Shown: piece after piece, positions 53,208 through 63,326 of the stretch
Layout: the number at the start of each line of letters is the position of its first letter
How positions within the stretch are numbered: position 1 is the first letter of the stretch
DNA from: an uncultured Chloroflexia bacterium
GTDB lineage: Bacteria > Chloroflexota > Dehalococcoidia > DSTF01 > JALHUB01
Direction: 5' to 3'
Assembly (NCBI GenBank): GCA_963703345.1
Contig: OY969814.1
Coordinates: 1,152,001-1,216,000, forward strand
DNA length: 64,000 nt
Notes under the pieces: generated by a model
What the model saw: only the letters and a program-made list of their open reading frames with translations
The model's database searches: none
What the model was told of the DNA's origin: nothing
Program-made: the position numbers and the translations under genes

Positions 53208-55850
53208 TCAGTTGCAATGCTGGCCTATCTGCCTCGACATAATAAGCATGTCGGTACTATTGATTCTCCCATCCTTGTTGAGGTCGAGGTCGGCATTGTA
53301 AAGGCCGTCATTGTAGCGCTGTGTTTGCGCGGTGGCGATGATGAGCAGGTCAGTAGGACTGACTCTTTTGTCGCCGTTGACGTCGGCGATCTCAACGTTG
53401 TCGGGGCAGCCGTTGGAATTTGTGTCCGTCATCGTCGGCGATGTGGCCCAGCCCATGACCTCGTAGCGGTCGGGGATACCATCACCATCCGTGTCAGACT
53501 TATTCTGGTCCGCCCCGAACAGCGCCTTGATGTTGTCAAATGCCGCGGTTGACGGCTTGCTCAAGGGGTTGAGAGGGTCCGAACCGAGAAGGCATTCGAC
53601 GCCGTCGACCACGCCATCGCCGTCCGTGTCCGCTTTCTTAGGATCTGTCGGCCCGGAACCACAGCCGACATCCTCGCCCGGTATGCCCAACGGGCTCGTG
53701 CCGGTATTCAGCATGAAGTCGTTGTCTATGTCCGGGTCGCAGGCGTCGCCAAGCCCATCTGAATTAGGGACAGTCGCGTCGTCGCCGGGCACATATGGCC
53801 CGTTATCGATAGGTTTGGCGTCAGTGTTGGTCTGGTCGGGGTTGTAGTTGTTCGGGCAGTTGTCGTACAAATCGGGGATCGAGTCGTGATCGGCATCAAC
53901 GGGCTGGCAGATGCCGCCGGCGGCGATCGCAGCAGCATAAGCATCCAAGCGCCCTGTCCCGAACGTGTTATCCATACCCGGTTCTCCGAGGTCGACCGCG
54001 TTGTCCAGGATGAGATCGTGAATCGCAGCTCGGTCCGCCGCGGGATCATCGCCCGGGTCGCCTGCCTTCAGGTCAGGTCTGCACTGAAGCAATAGCGCGG
54101 CGACACCAGCGACGTGGGGCGCGGCAGCAGAGGTCCCGAGGAACGTTGTTCCGAAACCGCCGGCGCCCGTAACACTCACGCCATCGATGCCCGCAACATC
54201 CGGCTTCGTACGACCGTCTTCAGTCGGCCCGCGGCTACTGAATGTTTCGATCGTGTCATTCCCCGGATCATAGGCTCCGATTGCGCCGACGGAAATGACG
54301 CCGCCCCCGGCGTCGTTCTCGCAGACTATGCTGCTCCGAGTCGTGTTGAAGTTGTGATACGCGCTTGTACCCGGAAGCTGACGCCGGACAGTCGGCAGGA
54401 TGGACATGTCGAGGATGCGTGGTACCCCCGACCTTTTCACGATTGCGATGTCGAAGTAGCCAGCAGCCACACCGTAATTGCCGTAGCCCAGAATCTCCTC
54501 GGGATCGTCGTTGCCATCCTGAACCTGTGTGCTTGATGCCACCGGTGTGCCTGCCGGACGGCCGTCTGGACCCTCACGGTACAGGTAGAGGTTGTAGTCG
54601 TTGGAAGACGCGCCCCACGGGTCGTTCCATTCAAGCGCGATGGTAACGGTGTCGTTGGTTTCAAGCCATATTGAGTCGAATGAGGACGGTTGCGAGCCGC
54701 GCGCCTCGGTGGTGTCGCCGGTCGTTTGAAACTCGTGCCAACCAGGGTAAGATCCGCCGCTGTCCGTGAACTTGCCCTGATAGTGCTCCACAGCTAAGTT
54801 CCCCACGGCCGTGGAGTACTGCCTGATAGGGTTCAGAGGGCTGTTCAAGGCAGCCGACGTGTTGGTTGAGACGTAGCTGCTACCGTCATAGGGACCAGCG
54901 GTTAGGAAACCTATGTCATCAACAACCACGTCAGTGTGAGCAGCGAGGCAGTTTACGGTCCAGTTGAAGTCCAACCCCGTGCACCCCCCCCCTGGGCCAC
55001 AGTAGTAGCCGAACCACAGCTCGGCGTCAGGGGCGATGTCGTGGACGATTTCCAGCATGGCGGTGCCCTCTGCTCCGCCCTGTTGCGGGTTGCCGAATAT
55101 CCACCAATCGCCGCCCTTTGTAAGGGCGTTGCAGGTTCGGACGTTCACGGACGACGGCAAATCGCCGCTGCCTTGCGCGCTGGTCAGGCCGGTCACACCG
55201 TTTGAGATTACGCCGACCCGCACTCCAGCACCCGTGACGCCGAGAGTCTCCCTCACCCAGTTACCCCTAATGACCGCGTCCCCTTGCGTCATCGCCGAAC
55301 CGCTCTCAACAAATCCGTAGTCAGGCAGTCTCACGTTCTTGACCGCATCAAGACCGGCTACGACATCCAGTTTGTCTACCGGGGCCATTCCCTGCACGAT
55401 TCCGGACTTGTCATCGACGGTCTGGATAGTGACGCCTGAATCCTCCAGGGTTTCCAACAAGGCAGGGTCCACTCGGTCTGCTTCCACGTATACCTGGACC
55501 AGCTTGCCTTCTGGATCGAGATGCATGAGACCGCCGCGGACAAGGCCGTCGAGATCGGGCGGCAAGTCTACGGGCCTCAGGGGGCTCCCTGAGCTGATAG
55601 CAGCGTCAGAGAGCCGTGCCAACGGGGGCGCGAGTTTGGGGTGACGGGAAAGGCCGGGCGGAGCGACGGTCTGATTGGCTGTGGGCGGACTTGGTGTGCC
55701 GTCAGTGGCTACGGGTGATGGCTGAGGCGCTGGGTCAGCCATCGCGCCTGAAGTTACCCTTGTGTGGAAAAGCCCAAAAGCAACAACACATGATACGAGC
55801 GTGAGGACGACAAAGATAGCGAAGGGATTACAACCGTGGTGTTCTTCCAT
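53208..55850 (-). CDS. Secreted S8/S53-like serine peptidase with TSP3-like Ca-binding repeats and dockerin-like tail
   Basis: EGTAM, SSRGPT..KPDV, GTSAAAPH; DxDxDG repeats, DNCP; paired DVNGD/DLNKD loops; lower GC. Confidence 0.85.
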   Translation of the reverse strand: MEEHHGCNPFAIFVVLTLVSCVVAFGLFHTRVTSGAMADPAPQPSPVATDGTPSPPTANQTVAPPGLSRHPKLAPPLARLSDAAISSGSPLRPVDLPPDLDGLVRGGLMHLDPEGKLVQVYVEADRVDPALLETLEDSGVTIQTVDDKSGIVQGMAPVDKLDVVAGLDAVKNVRLPDYGFVESGSAMTQGDAVIRGNWVRETLGVTGAGVRVGVISNGVTGLTSAQGSGDLPSSVNVRTCNALTKGGDWWIFGNPQQGGAEGTAMLEIVHDIAPDAELWFGYYCGPGGGCTGLDFNWTVNCLAAHTDVVVDDIGFLTAGPYDGSSYVSTNTSAALNSPLNPIRQYSTAVGNLAVEHYQGKFTDSGGSYPGWHEFQTTGDTTEARGSQPSSFDSIWLETNDTVTIALEWNDPWGASSNDYNLYLYREGPDGRPAGTPVASSTQVQDGNDDPEEILGYGNYGVAAGYFDIAIVKRSGVPRILDMSILPTVRRQLPGTSAYHNFNTTRSSIVCENDAGGGVISVGAIGAYDPGNDTIETFSSRGPTEDGRTKPDVAGIDGVSVTGAGGFGTTFLGTSAAAPHVAGVAALLLQCRPDLKAGDPGDDPAADRAAIHDLILDNAVDLGEPGMDNTFGTGRLDAYAAAIAAGGICQPVDADHDSIPDLYDNCPNNYNPDQTNTDAKPIDNGPYVPGDDATVPNSDGLGDACDPDIDNDFMLNTGTSPLGIPGEDVGCGSGPTDPKKADTDGDGVVDGVECLLGSDPLNPLSKPSTAAFDNIKALFGADQNKSDTDGDGIPDRYEVMGWATSPTMTDTNSNGCPDNVEIADVNGDKRVSPTDLLIIATAQTQRYNDGLYNADLDLNKDGRINSTDMLIMSRQIGQHCN

Positions 55851-56177
55851 CAACGGCCTCGGTTCGCTGATCTTTGGCAGGGGGATTCAGAGAGTGGCGG
55901 GCGCTCTGTCTTGCCCGATAGTCTACTTCATTCACCGTGTTTGTCAATCATTGACATTCGGGTGCGGAAGGCCGCGTTACCCCCAGGCGCGCGGGCACTT
56001 CCCCTGCGGTCTCCCGGCGAGGCCATTGCCTTTGCGGTGAACGGGCATCGGCGTATCATTCGATACGGGAGCGCCGGCCGGAACCGACGTGGCCGGCGCC
56101 GGCCAAGCCATGTTACAATTTAGAAAGCATCTAGCTGTTATTTGCCTTCTTCGTCACACCGTCGAAGGGAGCGGAGA

Positions 56178-57311
56178 GTGACCCCACAGGTGAAGGGCGG
56201 TCTCAGCCTTCGTGCAGACGTCATCGACCGTGGCCTCTGCACCCTCTGCGGCGCCTGCGTCGGCATGTGCCCGTACATCGTCAATTATCGCGGCCGCGTC
56301 GTTGCCCTCGACGACTGCGCTGTGGAACAGGGGCGCTGCTACGCCTTCTGCCCGCGCACCGCAACCGACCTCGACGAGGCGAGCAAAGCGGTTTTCGGGG
56401 CAGCCTACGACGACGGCCCAATCGGACGGGTCGCGGAAGTGCTCATGGCGCGCGCCGCTCGCGAGAACGTACGCGAGAGGGCGCAGTACGGTGGCACAGT
56501 CAGCGCCCTCGTCGCCTTTGCCATCGAGCGCGGCTTCATCGACAGCGCTGTCCTAACGAAGAGCGACTCGTCGCTGCTGCCCTCCGGCGTGATCGCGCGC
56601 GACGCGTCGGAAGTTCTGTCTCACGCCGGCTCCAGCTACGTTGCCGCGCCGACCCTCGCCGCCTTCAATCGGGAGGCGCAGCGCGAGGATGTGCGACGCG
56701 TCGGCGTCGTCGGCACGCCGTGCCAGGCGCTGGCGCTTGCGAAGATGCGCCTATCGCCGTTGGAGAATCGCAACAACGTCGACAAGCTATCGCTCGTCGT
56801 GGGCCTGTTCTGCACGTGGGCGCTCGATTACAGCGTGTTCGCCGCCTTCCTCGCCGAAAAGACGCCGCTGGAGCGCGTCTCGAAGCTCGATATCCCGCCG
56901 CCGCCGGCCAACTTGCTGCTTGTCTTCGCCGGCGCCGAGAAGCTTTCGATTCCGCTCGACGAAGTGCGCCGTTTCATCCGTCCCGCCTGCAACGTCTGCC
57001 TGGACATGACCGCGGAGTTCGCCGACGTGGCGGTCGGCGCCGCGGAGGGCATCGACGGCTGGAACACGCTCATCGTCCGCAGCGAACGCGGCCGCGAGCT
57101 GGTGGAGGCGGCGCACGCGGCCGGCGTCATCGGGGCCGACGCCCTGCCGGAGGAGAACCTGAGTCATCTGAAGGGCGCGTCGCTGGGCAAGCGAAGGCGC
57201 GCTCTGACGAATATCCGCGCTATGACGGGCAGCGACGACGACCTGCTCTACCTGGAGCTACGCCCGGAGACGCGTCAGAAGCTCCTCGCGGACGGGCCGG
57301 CGGAGAGTTAG
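56178..57311 (+). CDS. FrhB/FdhB-like F420 oxidoreductase beta subunit with N-terminal 4Fe-4S
   Basis: CTLCGACVGMCP, AQYGGTVS, VGTPCQ, GLFCTW, CNVCLD. Confidence 0.88.
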   Translation: MTPQVKGGLSLRADVIDRGLCTLCGACVGMCPYIVNYRGRVVALDDCAVEQGRCYAFCPRTATDLDEASKAVFGAAYDDGPIGRVAEVLMARAARENVRERAQYGGTVSALVAFAIERGFIDSAVLTKSDSSLLPSGVIARDASEVLSHAGSSYVAAPTLAAFNREAQREDVRRVGVVGTPCQALALAKMRLSPLENRNNVDKLSLVVGLFCTWALDYSVFAAFLAEKTPLERVSKLDIPPPPANLLLVFAGAEKLSIPLDEVRRFIRPACNVCLDMTAEFADVAVGAAEGIDGWNTLIVRSERGRELVEAAHAAGVIGADALPEENLSHLKGASLGKRRRALTNIRAMTGSDDDLLYLELRPETRQKLLADGPAES

Positions 57312-57315
57312 CGAC

Positions 57316-59229
57316 ATGGCAAACCTTGCGACTTTCGACGAAGGGACGCGGCAGCTTCTGATGGGCAACGAGGCGATTGCCCGCGGCGCGCTGGAGGCGG
57401 GCATCGGCTTTGCCGCCGCCTACCCGGGCAACCCGTCGTCGGAGATCATCGGCTCGCTGGCTGAGGTGGCGAAGGACGCGGGCATTTACGTCGAGTGGTC
57501 GGTCAACGAGAAAGTCGCCCTCGAAGCCGCTGCGGCCGCCGCCTTCTCCGGCGTGCGCTCGCTGGTCGCCATGAAGCACAATGGCCTCAACGTCGTCCTC
57601 GACTACCTGATGGGGCTGGCGCTGACCGGCACGAAGGCGGGCATCGTCCTGGTCACCTGCGACGACCCGGGCGCGCTCTCCAGCACCGAGGAGGAGGACT
57701 CGCGCATCGTCGCCAAGTGGGCGAACCTGCCGCTGCTGGAGCCCGGCACCTTCCAGGAAGAGAAGGACATGACCCGCTGGGCCTACGAGCTGTCGGAAGA
57801 GCTGAAGAGCGTCGTGCTGATCCGCGGCGTGACGCGAACCTCGCACGCCCGCGGCGACGTCGAAATCGGCGAGCGCCTGCCGCCGACGCGCGACGCCCGC
57901 TTCGCGCCGTCGAATTCGATCGAGTTCACGTCCGTGCCGGCGCCGTTCAAGCACATGCTGGCGAACCAGAAGATGGAGCGCGCGCGTCAGATCTTCGAGA
58001 ACTCGCCATTCAACCGCTACGAAGGGCCGGAGAAGCCGGACTTGCTGATAGCCACCAGCGGTAGCGGCTGGTTCTACGCGCTGGAGGCGGTGAGAGCGCT
58101 GGAGCTGGAGAAGAGCGTCGGCATCCTCAAGCTGGCGACGACGTGGCCGCTCCCCGAGAAACTCGTTCGCGAGCACCTGTCGCGGGCGGCCGAGGTGCTG
58201 GTCGTCGAAGAGATCGACCCGTTCCTGGAGGGCAACCTGAAGGAGCTCGTCGGCGAGGACCCGGCGGGCGTCGGGCCCGTCAGATTCTATGGCAAGCGGA
58301 GCGGGCATATTCCCGCCTACGGCGAGATCAACCCCGACATCGTCACGGCGGCCCTGGCGCGAATCCTGGACATCGAGTATCGCGCCGTCGAGCCCGACTA
58401 CTCGCAAAAGGCGCTGGCGCTGACCTCGCCGTTCGTCCACGGGAGGATCGTCGGCTTCTGCGCCGGCTGTCCGCATCGCGCGACGTTCTGGTCGATCAAG
58501 AACGCGCTCAAGCTGGACGGGCGCGACGGCTTCGTCAGCGGCGACATCGGCTGCTACTCGATGGCGGTCGGTCCGGCCGGCTACTTCCAGGTCAAGACGA
58601 TGCAGGCGATGGGCTCCGGCACGGGGATGGCCTGCGGCTTCGGGAAGCTGGCGGAGTTCGGCTTCACGCAGCCGGTGCTGACGGTCTGCGGCGATTCCAC
58701 GTTCTATCACGCGACCATACCGGCGATTATCAGCGGCATCTACAATCGCGCCGACTTCACGCTTCTGGTCCTCGACAACAGCGCGACGGCGATGACTGGC
58801 TTCCAGCCGCATGCGGGCACCGGCCGCAGCGCGATGGGCGAGACGACGCCGACGGTTGACATCGCGACGTTGTGTCGCGCTCTAGGCGTCCGCGTCGAGG
58901 AGACCGACCCGTTCGACCTGCAGGGCACGACAGAGAAGCTGCTCGATCTCATGCGGGACGAAGGGGTCCGCGTCCTCATCGTCAAGCGGGAGTGCGCGCT
59001 GGTCCGCGCCCGCAAGGAGAAGCCGGCGTTCAAGATGCGCGTCGACGCCGAGCGTTGCCTCGGCGAAAGCTGCGGCTGCTCGCGGCTGTGCACGCGCGTC
59101 TTCCAGTGCCCGGCGCTCATGTGGGACGTATCTCAAGGCGTCGCCGGCATCGACGAGGTCCTATGCGCCGGCTGCGGCGTCTGCGCGGATATCTGCCCGG
59201 CGGGAGCGATTATCAGGGAACCGGCGTGA
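57316..59229 (+). CDS. iorA: Indolepyruvate:ferredoxin oxidoreductase alpha subunit
   Basis: LMGNEAIARG, NEKVALE, FCAGCPHR, GDIGCY, GDSTFYH..DN, C-terminal ferredoxin. Confidence 0.92.
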   Translation: MANLATFDEGTRQLLMGNEAIARGALEAGIGFAAAYPGNPSSEIIGSLAEVAKDAGIYVEWSVNEKVALEAAAAAAFSGVRSLVAMKHNGLNVVLDYLMGLALTGTKAGIVLVTCDDPGALSSTEEEDSRIVAKWANLPLLEPGTFQEEKDMTRWAYELSEELKSVVLIRGVTRTSHARGDVEIGERLPPTRDARFAPSNSIEFTSVPAPFKHMLANQKMERARQIFENSPFNRYEGPEKPDLLIATSGSGWFYALEAVRALELEKSVGILKLATTWPLPEKLVREHLSRAAEVLVVEEIDPFLEGNLKELVGEDPAGVGPVRFYGKRSGHIPAYGEINPDIVTAALARILDIEYRAVEPDYSQKALALTSPFVHGRIVGFCAGCPHRATFWSIKNALKLDGRDGFVSGDIGCYSMAVGPAGYFQVKTMQAMGSGTGMACGFGKLAEFGFTQPVLTVCGDSTFYHATIPAIISGIYNRADFTLLVLDNSATAMTGFQPHAGTGRSAMGETTPTVDIATLCRALGVRVEETDPFDLQGTTEKLLDLMRDEGVRVLIVKRECALVRARKEKPAFKMRVDAERCLGESCGCSRLCTRVFQCPALMWDVSQGVAGIDEVLCAGCGVCADICPAGAIIREPA

Positions 59230-59837
59230 TGGTGGAGAAAGAACCGCTTAACATAATTATCACCGGCGTCGGTGGGCAGGGGAATGTCCTGCTGTCGCAG
59301 CTAGTCGGCAAGGTGCTGGTGCGCGGCGGCTTTCACGCAACGATAGGCGAGACTTACGGCGCGTCGCAGCGCGGCGGCGCGGTGATGAGCCACCTGCGGG
59401 TGTCACGCCGGATGCAGTACGGGCCACTCATCGGCGAAGGGCAGGCGGACGTGATCGTCGGACTGGAGCCGCTGGAGACGCTGCGAGTGCTGGCGCAGTA
59501 CGGGAATGCGGATGTCACGGTGATCACGAACTCGCGGCCGGTGTTCCCGGCGGCGGTGAGCGGCGGCGACGCGAAGTACCCGACGGTGGGCGAGATTGCG
59601 TCTGCGCTGGCGGAGCTGTCGAGTCGTTCCTGGGTGGTCGACGCGACGGACATCGCGCTCGAGCTGGGCCCGCCGATCCTCGCCAACATTGTTATGATGG
59701 GCACGCTGGTAGGCAGCGGGCTTCTGCCACTCGAAGCCGAGCCCTTCGAGACGGAGCTGCGCGAGAGTCTGGCGGCAGACCGCCTGGAGATGAACCTCGA
59801 GGCGTTCCGACGCGGCATGGCCGAGGTAGCTCCCTAG
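59229..59837 (+). CDS. iorB: Indolepyruvate:ferredoxin oxidoreductase beta subunit
   Basis: GVGGQG, GASQRGGAVMSHLR, NIVMMG, NLEAFRRG. Confidence 0.92.
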   Translation: MVEKEPLNIIITGVGGQGNVLLSQLVGKVLVRGGFHATIGETYGASQRGGAVMSHLRVSRRMQYGPLIGEGQADVIVGLEPLETLRVLAQYGNADVTVITNSRPVFPAAVSGGDAKYPTVGEIASALAELSSRSWVVDATDIALELGPPILANIVMMGTLVGSGLLPLEAEPFETELRESLAADRLEMNLEAFRRGMAEVAP

Positions 59838-59861
59838 GTCGCCTCGCTTTCGAAGGAAGAG

Positions 59862-60275
59862 AGAATTCTGAGGGATGAATCCCTCAGCCTCGTTGGATTG
59901 CGCGAGGCGGAGCCTCGCGCGGGAACCCACGCCGCTGCTGGCAACCGACCCTCATGTTGCGTCGCAGTCCCAACGACCCTGCGAGACGGCAGTGCGAGGT
60001 GTGCTGATCGCGTTCCGGGTTGCGCTCCTCGCTTCGCTCGTCGCGCGGACACGCCGAATCGTTTCGGTGAGGAAAAAACGACTCTGAGGGGAATCCCTCA
60101 GCTTCGTGACTGGGGTTGCGCGAGGCTTCGCCTCGCGCAGACACCACGTTGCTACAAGCTAATTGCCCTCATGTTACGCCGTTATCCCATCGACCGGGCG
60201 AGACGGCAGTGCTGCGTGGGCTGATCGCGTCGCGGGTTGCGCTCCTCGTCCGCGCGTGGCGGACTCGTCGCGCCG
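59862..60275 (+). repeat. Family-2 modular repeat, two tandem ~215-bp units
   Basis: Each unit: CTGAGGG..CCCTCAG hairpin, GCGCGAGGC..GCCTCGCGC hairpin, CCCTCATGTT, GAGACGGCAGTG, GCTGATCGCGT..GTTGCGCTCCTCG. Confidence 0.88.
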
Positions 60276-60351
60276 CAAGTCGCCACCTCGTTAGCGCTCT
60301 CCTTCCGCCTCGATGTATGATCGCCTCGATTTCCATTTAGAGGAGCGGGCA

Positions 60352-61575
60352 TTGGCGCGAGGCGCATTCCAGGGCGTTAAGGTCGTCGAGCTTGGCGGCA
60401 TGGTCTCAGGACCTTACTGCGGCAAGCTCCTGGCCGACATGGGCGCCGACGTCATCAAAGTCGAAGAGCCCCCCGACGGCGATGCCGCGCGACGCCGCGG
60501 CCCCTTCCCGGATGACTCGCCGCACCCCGAGCGAAGCGGTCTCTTCCTCAACCTCAACACCAGCAAACGCGGCATCGCCCTCGACCTCAATTCCACCGCC
60601 GGACGCGACATCCTGACCCGACTCGCCGGCTGGGCGGACGTTCTGATCGACAATCACCCGCCGGGACGGCTCGAATCGCTCGGGCTGGGCTGGGAAACGC
60701 TGCACGAACGGCACTCGAAGCTTATCGTCACCTCTATCACGCCTTACGGACGGACCGGCCGGCGCTCCGGCTGGAAAGGGACCGACCTCACCGGCTACCA
60801 CGGCGGCGGCGTCGGCACGCTGCTCCCGCCGCGCTCGCCCGACGTCAGCCGTCCGCCGGTCAAGGCCGGCGGCTACCCCACCGGCTACCACGCGGGCCTC
60901 ACGGCGGCGCTCGCAACTGCAGCGGCGCTGCTTGGCCGCGACGACGGCGAAGGCAGCCTGATCGATGTCTCCGAGCAGGAGAGCATTCTTGCCATGATCC
61001 GCGGCGTGCTTGCCAACAATGTCCACCAGCGCGTCACCTGGAGTCGCGTCACCGACCGCCCACCCTACATGGGACGCATGGAGTGCGAAGACGGGTACGT
61101 CGTCTTGTTCGTCGTCGAGGACGCCCACTGGCGCGGCCTGGTCGAACTGATGGGCAATCCCGACTGGGCGTCCGGCGATGAGTGGAACAGCTTCCCTTAC
61201 CGGATGGGCCACATGTTCGAGATCGGCGACAAGATGGACGAATGGGCGAGACACCTGAAGAAAGAGGACTTCCACCATCAGGGCTCCGCCAGGGGCTTCT
61301 CCGTCGGCACGATGTACAACGCCGAAGAGGTGCTGAACAATCGCCAGTACCGGGCCCGCGACTACTTCGTGGACGTTGACCACCCGCAGGCCGGAAAGTT
61401 CCGATACGCCGGCTGGCCCTACAAAATGACCGCCTCGCCGCCGCAGGTCAGCCGTCCGGCCCCACTGCTCGGCCAGCACAACGATGAGGTGCTCCGCGAA
61501 CTCCTCGGCTGCTCGGAGGCCGAATGCGAGGCGCTACGCCGCTCGGGCGCTGTCTGGAAGGACGCCGCTCCATGA
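60352..61575 (+). CDS. Class III CoA-transferase, BbsE-like subunit
   Basis: YCGKLLADMGADVIKVE, LNTSKRG, PAPLLGQHN; TTG start after AGGAG. Confidence 0.9.
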   Translation: MARGAFQGVKVVELGGMVSGPYCGKLLADMGADVIKVEEPPDGDAARRRGPFPDDSPHPERSGLFLNLNTSKRGIALDLNSTAGRDILTRLAGWADVLIDNHPPGRLESLGLGWETLHERHSKLIVTSITPYGRTGRRSGWKGTDLTGYHGGGVGTLLPPRSPDVSRPPVKAGGYPTGYHAGLTAALATAAALLGRDDGEGSLIDVSEQESILAMIRGVLANNVHQRVTWSRVTDRPPYMGRMECEDGYVVLFVVEDAHWRGLVELMGNPDWASGDEWNSFPYRMGHMFEIGDKMDEWARHLKKEDFHHQGSARGFSVGTMYNAEEVLNNRQYRARDYFVDVDHPQAGKFRYAGWPYKMTASPPQVSRPAPLLGQHNDEVLRELLGCSEAECEALRRSGAVWKDAAP

Positions 61576-62807
61576 GCAGCCAACAACGCTTGCCGCTGGA
61601 AGGCGTCCGAGTGGTCGACATGACGTGGGTCTGGGCCGGCCCCTACAGCGGCATGCTGCTCGCTGCTCTCGGCGCCGAAGTCATCAAGATCGAAAGCCGC
61701 GACCGCCTCGACTTCTTCCGCCGCTACGTTATATGGCCTCTCGCCGACGCCGCGCCGACCGAGCTGGGCACCGAGGAATCGATGATGTTCCTCATCGCCA
61801 ACATGAACAAGCTCAGCGTTGCCCTAAACCTGGCGCGGCCCGAAGGTATGGATCTCCTGAAACGCCTGATAGCCGTCAGCGACGTGATCATCGAGAATAT
61901 GCGGCCCGGCGTCATGGATCGCATCGGCCTCGGCTACGAGGCGCTTTCCCGCATCAATCCGGGAATCATCATGCTCTCCTCCAGCGCCCGCGGCGGCGAA
62001 GGCCCGGAGAGTCATTATGCCGGCTATGCCGCGGTCAACCACGCCGTCGGCGGTGGCGCCTACATCACGGGCTACGAGGACGGCCCGCCCGCCCACGCCG
62101 TCGGCGACGTCGACATGATGAACGCGACGGCGGCCGCTCTTGCCGTTCTCGCCGCGCTTCACCATCGCCGGCAGACGGGCGAAGGCCAGTTCATCGACTA
62201 CTCGCAGTGCGAAGGCGTAACCTCCCTCATCGGCGAAGTGCTCCTGGAGTACCAGATGACCGGCCGCATCCCCGGGCGCAGAGGCAACAGCGACGAGCTC
62301 ATGGCGCCGCACAACGTTTACCCCTGCTGGGGCGTCGACCGCTGGCTGGCCATCGCCGTCGAGACCGATGGAGAGTTCGCCGCTCTTTGCCGCATCATGG
62401 AGATGCCGCAGCTTGCCACTGACTCCCGCTTCGTTGATGCCGCCGCTCGCAAGCGCAACGAAGCGGCCCTGGACGAAATCGTCGCCTCCTGGACGCGACG
62501 CCAGGACCGTGACTACGCTGCGAACCGCCTCGGCGCCGCCGGCGTCGCTGCCGCGCCCGCCCGCGACGGCCAGGACCTCTTCCGCGATCCGCATCTGCGG
62601 GAGCGAGGCGCCTTCGTCGAGGTGGAGCGCCCCGATGGCGGCTCGAAATACGACCTGGTGGGGCTGCCCTGGAAGATGTCGAACTGCGAACCGCAGTTAA
62701 AGCGCGCACCAACGCTCGGCGAGCACAACGCGTACGTGCTGGAGAAGGTGCTGGGGCTGGCGCCCTCGGAGATCGAGCGATTACGGCGCGAGCGCGTCAT
62801 CGACTAA
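61572..62807 (+). CDS. Class III CoA-transferase, BbsF-like subunit
   Basis: WVWAGP, LGAEVIKIES, ENMRPGV, APTLGEHN; ATGA overlap. Confidence 0.9.
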   Translation: MSSQQRLPLEGVRVVDMTWVWAGPYSGMLLAALGAEVIKIESRDRLDFFRRYVIWPLADAAPTELGTEESMMFLIANMNKLSVALNLARPEGMDLLKRLIAVSDVIIENMRPGVMDRIGLGYEALSRINPGIIMLSSSARGGEGPESHYAGYAAVNHAVGGGAYITGYEDGPPAHAVGDVDMMNATAAALAVLAALHHRRQTGEGQFIDYSQCEGVTSLIGEVLLEYQMTGRIPGRRGNSDELMAPHNVYPCWGVDRWLAIAVETDGEFAALCRIMEMPQLATDSRFVDAAARKRNEAALDEIVASWTRRQDRDYAANRLGAAGVAAAPARDGQDLFRDPHLRERGAFVEVERPDGGSKYDLVGLPWKMSNCEPQLKRAPTLGEHNAYVLEKVLGLAPSEIERLRRERVID

Positions 62808-62831
62808 CGCGGACAAGAAAGGGCGCAACGT

Positions 62832-63266
62832 TTGAGCGACGAGGAGCACTTCCGGCGGCTGGAGCGAATGTTCGCCTCGGCTCCCATCAACGACTTCTTT
62901 CGACCCGTTATGCGCGTCTCGGAAGGCCGCGCCGTGATCACGATAGAGGTGCGGCGCGATTTCTTCCACGCGGCAAACGCTGTCCACGCAGCTTTCTACT
63001 TCAAGGCGCTGGACGACGCCGCGTTCTTCGCCGTCAGTTCGCTGGTGCCTGACGTATTCATGCTGACCGCGTCGTTGAACGCCCACTTGCTGCGTCCGGT
63101 TTCAGAGGGAGAGATCACGGCCGTCGGTGAGGTTGTCCACCGTTCGCGGCGACTGTTCGTCGCTGAGTCGAAACTTTCCGACTCTGGGGGCAGGGAGCTT
63201 GCCCGGGGGAGCGCTACTTTCATGCGCAGCGATATTCCGCTGTCGCCGGCCATCGGCTACGCATAG
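62832..63266 (+). CDS. PaaI family thioesterase
   Basis: HAANAVHAAFYFKALDD hotdog motif. Confidence 0.88.
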   Translation: MSDEEHFRRLERMFASAPINDFFRPVMRVSEGRAVITIEVRRDFFHAANAVHAAFYFKALDDAAFFAVSSLVPDVFMLTASLNAHLLRPVSEGEITAVGEVVHRSRRLFVAESKLSDSGGRELARGSATFMRSDIPLSPAIGYA

Positions 63267-63326
63267 CGGGTGCCCGCGCGACATCCTCGAAGCCGCGCGC
63301 ATGAGAAGCGCGATGGTGGTGATTCG

